Source of the DNA: an uncultured Candidatus Saccharibacteria bacterium
GTDB lineage: Bacteria; Patescibacteriota; Saccharimonadia; Saccharimonadales; Saccharimonadaceae
Assembly: GCA_963517175.1 (NCBI GenBank)
Contig: CAUQEY010000001.1
Span: forward strand, 1-40,857
Direction: 5' to 3'
DNA: 40,857 nucleotides
Of this stretch, positions 37,171-40,857 are shown piece after piece. The first letter of the stretch is position 1, and every line of letters begins with the position of its first letter. The position numbers and the translations under genes are program-made. Under the pieces are notes generated by a model. The model was given only the letters and a program-made list of their open reading frames with translations, did not search any database and was not told the DNA's origin.

Positions 37171-38546
37171 GCGAAGTTCTCCTTGGCAAATTGCAGGAGA
37201 TTACGGTCACTGCGACGTGGGCCAATTAATTGCAAGCCGACTGGGAGTTCATCCTTGTCACGATTGATTGGAATGGCTAAACTTGGCAATCCTGCGAGGT
37301 TAATAGGCACACTCATGACATCTTCGAGATACATGGCGACGGGGTCATTGATTTTCTCACCTAATTTGAAGGCTCTTGACGGTGAAACTGGCGTAAGAAT
37401 ATAATCGCATTTTTCAAAAGCTTCTTCATAAGCCTTGATAATGAGGGTACGGACTTTCTGAGCCTTGAGATAGTAGGCGTCATAAAAACCACTACTTAGA
37501 ACGAAGTTGCCGATCATGATGCGGCGTTTGTTTTCAGGCATAAAGCCATCGTTGCGACTAAGACCAAAAACCTCTTCGATACTGTGAGCTTCAGAACTGC
37601 GATAACCATAGCGAATACCGTCATAACGCGAGAGGTTGGAAGCTACCTCAGCTGGCACTACGACATAATAGACGGCCAGGGCATACTTCAAGACCGGCAT
37701 CGAAAGTTCGACGATTTCATGACCCTCGGCTTTTAGTTTTTCGATTTGAGATTTGAGACCTTCGCGGATTTCTGGGGCGACGTTATCGTTATCAAAATCT
37801 TTAATCACGCCAATACGCTTCTTCGCGCCAGTTTCAACGGCAGTTTCATTATAGTAATCTGGCAAAGAAGTGAGATCTTTTTCATCCTGACCACTAGTAA
37901 TCGACATCAGGAGGTCCATATCTTCTGGGGTCTGGGTAAAGAAGCCAATCGTGTCAGTACTGGAGGCCATGGCTACCACACCATAACGTGAAATCGTACC
38001 ATAAGTAGGCTTCAGACCATAGACACCGTTAAAGGAAGCTGGCTGACGAATCGAACCACCAGTGTCGGTACCGGTAGCAAAAGGCACAATATCAAGAGCG
38101 ACGGCAGCGGCAGAGCCACCGGAAGAGCCACCGGCGACACGTTCAAAATCTTTGGCGTTATGAGTAGGGCCAAAGAAGGAGTTTTCGGTGGAAGAGCCGT
38201 GAGCAAAAGCATCGAGGTTGGTGCGACCAATCATAATGGCACCTTCAGCTTCGAGCTTGGCGACGGTAGTGGAATCAATCGGTGAATGGAGATTCGAGAG
38301 AATTTTCGAAGCGGCGGTGGTATTTCCCTGTTTGCTAAGGAAGTTATCCTTCAAAGCATAAGGCACACCGGCGAGACGACCAACCTTTTCACCGTTTTGG
38401 ATTTTTTGGTCAATTTCAGCGGCTTTTTTTAAGGCTTCTTCTTCATTGAGGGAAATAAAAATATTGTGGTCAGCGTATTTTTTGGCTTTTTCCAAGGCTT
38501 CCTTAACGAGAGAAACCGCAGAAGTATGTAAATCAGCAATTTTCAT
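37167..38546 (-). CDS. gatA: Asp/Glu-tRNA amidotransferase subunit A
   Basis: ALKDN, GGSSGGSAAAVA, GTDTGGSIRQPA amidase signature, SNLSRYDGIRYG, RRIMIG. Confidence 0.98.
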   Translation of the reverse strand: MKIADLHTSAVSLVKEALEKAKKYADHNIFISLNEEEALKKAAEIDQKIQNGEKVGRLAGVPYALKDNFLSKQGNTTAASKILSNLHSPIDSTTVAKLEAEGAIMIGRTNLDAFAHGSSTENSFFGPTHNAKDFERVAGGSSGGSAAAVALDIVPFATGTDTGGSIRQPASFNGVYGLKPTYGTISRYGVVAMASSTDTIGFFTQTPEDMDLLMSITSGQDEKDLTSLPDYYNETAVETGAKKRIGVIKDFDNDNVAPEIREGLKSQIEKLKAEGHEIVELSMPVLKYALAVYYVVVPAEVASNLSRYDGIRYGYRSSEAHSIEEVFGLSRNDGFMPENKRRIMIGNFVLSSGFYDAYYLKAQKVRTLIIKAYEEAFEKCDYILTPVSPSRAFKLGEKINDPVAMYLEDVMSVPINLAGLPSLAIPINRDKDELPVGLQLIGPRRSDRNLLQFAKENFA

Positions 38547-38833
38547 TAGAGAACCTTCTGTACTTTAATCATATTTTGAGCTTGATCAGGTGCGAGTGCG
38601 AGAAGTTGCTCTCTCGTGGCATCCTGAGATTTAATTTCGTCGGCACGCCAAACATTTTCCATCTCAAAGACCTGATAGGTTGGTTCGACCCCAGTAGTAT
38701 CTAATTCATCAAGCTGGGAAATATAGCCCACGATATTGGTGACGTCCTGCTGGAGGGCGGAAATTTCGGCATCCGTGAGCTGCAAATTGGACAGCTTGGC
38801 TAAGTGTAAAATATCATCACGCGTATTATTCAT
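38546..38833 (-). CDS. gatC: Asp/Glu-tRNA amidotransferase subunit C
   Basis: ILHLAKLSNL, LDELDTTGVEPT, NVWRADE; TAATG overlap with gatA. Confidence 0.93.
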   Translation of the reverse strand: MNNTRDDILHLAKLSNLQLTDAEISALQQDVTNIVGYISQLDELDTTGVEPTYQVFEMENVWRADEIKSQDATREQLLALAPDQAQNMIKVQKVL

Positions 38834-38895
38834 AAGATATATTATACCATTTTTTTGATTAGGATATTTTATAAAAATAATGTTATATTTGTGAT

Positions 38896-39231
38896 ATGGA
38901 TTATTTAGAAAGAGCTAAACTTATCAATAAAGTCATTGAAGATGGCCACGAAATCATCGATAGGATGCGTCCGATTTCTAAAATTTCTGAACTAGAAGAA
39001 TTAGTACCCGATATTGACAGATACACTGATTTTGTAAATGAAAACTTTGGCGAACCATCCGATTTTAGTGATGGAAAATGGTGCAGTTTGATGACCTCTC
39101 TTTATGTGGCGCTAGATTGGAAGAGAAAATCACTTTACCCAGAAAATTTAGATTACGAGCCTACACAAGTACTAGCAAAAGATTTCATGGATGGCTTCAT
39201 TAAAGAACTTGATGGTGAGAGTTGGATATAA
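38896..39231 (+). CDS. Small acidic hypothetical protein
   Basis: 111-aa ORF preceded by TGTTATATT-N6-ATG and followed by a hairpin. Confidence 0.65.
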   Translation: MDYLERAKLINKVIEDGHEIIDRMRPISKISELEELVPDIDRYTDFVNENFGEPSDFSDGKWCSLMTSLYVALDWKRKSLYPENLDYEPTQVLAKDFMDGFIKELDGESWI

Positions 39232-39257
39232 AAAATCGACCGATTAAGGCCGATTTT
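39231..39257. terminator. Bidirectional terminator between convergent genes
   Basis: AAAATCG...CGATTTT imperfect hairpin with tracts on both sides. Confidence 0.6.
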
Positions 39258-39267
39258 AATAATAAGA

Positions 39268-40440
39268 TTAATGACCTGGACCGGTATAGTAATGATCATT
39301 TTTATGTTTTTCACTATCCTCGATCCAATCTGGTTCATTAGGAAATCTGGTTTTATCATTTTTTCCATAATGATTATGACGTGCATGAAAAGCTTTTTCA
39401 TCTAGAAAACCGTCCGCAATAAGAGTTTGCCCCTCTCGCTCATTTATCCCCATTACAAATGTAACTTCATGATTATCACCAATAGTTCCCCATTCTTGCT
39501 TAGTCCAGTTTTTTGGTTTCTGATCAACATAGTTTTGGCTACCATGTTTTTCGAATGCATCACGACTATACGTCTTCTTCCCAGACTGGTCTAATGCGAC
39601 ATGTCCATGAAATAAACCATCACCGGAACCGAGGCCACCATGGTAGACCTGGGTAGTTCCATCTGCTTTCTTAACGATTTTAGCATCTTGCCTATTGAGA
39701 TAGCTAACTCCTGCCTTATCCAGAATGCGATCTCGCTCTTTTTGATTATTCGCTTTAATCTCATTGAGTTTTCTTTGACACTCATTCTTTAGCCGTTCAA
39801 ATTCCGCCTGAGCCGAATCAAACTCAGCCTTGTAGGCGTCTCTTTCCGCCTTGGCGCTTTTAAATTCAGCCTCAGCGGACTCGTGCATCATTTTGGCATT
39901 ATCGAAATTACTTTTTGCGTACTGAAATGAGTTGCTATGCGAGCTGGATGTTTGCCATTTAGCATTAGCTTTGGCGCTATTAATTTCCTGAATAAGTCTT
40001 CCGACCTCAGCATTCAAATAATCTCGCCGTTCCTTATGCGCATGGCCTTCACTGGAATACATTGGAGCATCCGCCTTATTGCCATATGAATAAGCTGCAC
40101 TAGCGCTATCGAAACAATTTTTCATCATTTCATGCTCCATATCGGCTTCTTGGCGGAGTTGATCGATTCTCGGGCTATTTTCCTGACAAACTCGGTTAAA
40201 ATCAGCCCAGATAGCATCCCTACTATCTTTTGACTGCTGCATACTTTCGAATTCTCGATTCATTTCTTCTCGAGCAGCTACTCTTTGATCCCATGCTGAT
40301 TGCATTCTGTCGTGAGCTTCGTTTGCACGATTTTTTGCATCAACATACTTCTGAAATGCAGCCTGTTTGCGCCCAAAAGCTTCCTGCTTACGAGCAAATA
40401 AATTATCCAATTCGACACTTCTTGGCATATTAGTCACCAA
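39268..40440 (-). CDS. Hypothetical coiled-coil protein with His/Gly-rich C-terminal domain
   Basis: About 235 aa of Ala/Glu/Gln/Arg-rich helix, then a beta-rich region with FHGHV and HARHNHYG. Start may be ATG 40428. Confidence 0.75.
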   Translation of the reverse strand: MVTNMPRSVELDNLFARKQEAFGRKQAAFQKYVDAKNRANEAHDRMQSAWDQRVAAREEMNREFESMQQSKDSRDAIWADFNRVCQENSPRIDQLRQEADMEHEMMKNCFDSASAAYSYGNKADAPMYSSEGHAHKERRDYLNAEVGRLIQEINSAKANAKWQTSSSHSNSFQYAKSNFDNAKMMHESAEAEFKSAKAERDAYKAEFDSAQAEFERLKNECQRKLNEIKANNQKERDRILDKAGVSYLNRQDAKIVKKADGTTQVYHGGLGSGDGLFHGHVALDQSGKKTYSRDAFEKHGSQNYVDQKPKNWTKQEWGTIGDNHEVTFVMGINEREGQTLIADGFLDEKAFHARHNHYGKNDKTRFPNEPDWIEDSEKHKNDHYYTGPGH

Positions 40441-40491
40441 CCTTTCTTAAAGAACAAAGCTATGTTTTTAGCTTAACATTGAAACAAAAAT

Positions 40492-40520
40492 ATTCTACAA
40501 TATTTTGTATAAAAAATCAA
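40492..40520 (-). promoter_or_regulatory. Sigma70 promoter of the coiled-coil gene
   Basis: TTGATT-N17-TAGAAT. Confidence 0.7.
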
Positions 40521-40558
40521 GCAATTTATTGCTGGCTCGATAAAATTACAAGCTAAAA

Positions 40559-40593
40559 ATTAAGAAAACTACCTTTTTGGTAGCTTTCTTAAT
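40559..40593 (-). terminator. Terminator after the ABC permease
   Basis: ATTAAGAAAACTACC-ttttt-GGTAGCTTTCTTAAT. Confidence 0.7.
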
Positions 40594-40671
40594 CTAATCG
40601 AGCTAAGGATTTTTACCTTAACTAATAGTTTTTCTCAACCGCGGTAGAGTTGTTTTTCAAAAATGTTTTCC

Positions 40672-40857
40672 CTAGTCGCGGCGAAGCTGTTTTTCAGAGA
40701 TGATGCGCTTGCTACTAATATAAGTTAGAAGGAAATAACCACCATAAATTAGCACAATCATCGAAACGGTCATCGGAATCGAGGCAAGCAATCCGTCAGA
40801 GCCGAACGATTCGATAATGCTTGAGGCAAACATGATACCAAAAATGGAATGGATGAT
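40672..40857 (-). CDS. C-terminal fragment of an ABC transporter permease (BceB/FtsX-like)
   Basis: Hand translation: IIHSIFGIMFASSIIESFGSDGLLASIPMTVSMIVLIYGGYFLLTYISSKRIISEKQLRRD*. Two TM helices with HS and IYxxYFxxT patterns. Confidence 0.65.
   Translation of the reverse strand: MIHSIFGIMFASSIIESFGSDGLLASIPMTVSMIVLIYGGYFLLTYISSKRIISEKQLRRD

Overview
Bacterial chromosomal segment, about 85% of genes on the minus strand. It most resembles Patescibacteria/Saccharibacteria (TM7), inferred from a MurF lacking its N-domain, the DegT/FemAB cluster, EF-Tu with DMPGH, and small tightly packed transcription units. Core genes are dnaE, a galU-like gene, rpsJ, tuf, fusA, metK and gatCAB. They are interleaved with a murF-hydrolase-DegT/FemAB-FemAB envelope operon, a polar amino-acid ABC transporter, a surface nuclease, a Fic protein and six secreted BspA/DUF285-type LRR proteins that share an uncharacterised N-terminal beta domain. 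Best leads: (1) EF-G has both guanine-recognition motifs altered (G4 NKIN, G5 replaced by GGDGRG) while the adjacent EF-Tu is canonical; (2) the modular LRR repertoire; (3) the DegT-FemAB fusion operon; (4) a membrane-anchored HEPN-like gene translationally coupled inside gatCAB; (5) a coiled-coil protein with a DUF1771-like segment; (6) several apparently leaderless genes. No rRNA, tRNA, CRISPR array, integrase or transposase was recognised. All family calls come from motif recognition by eye, with no database searches.
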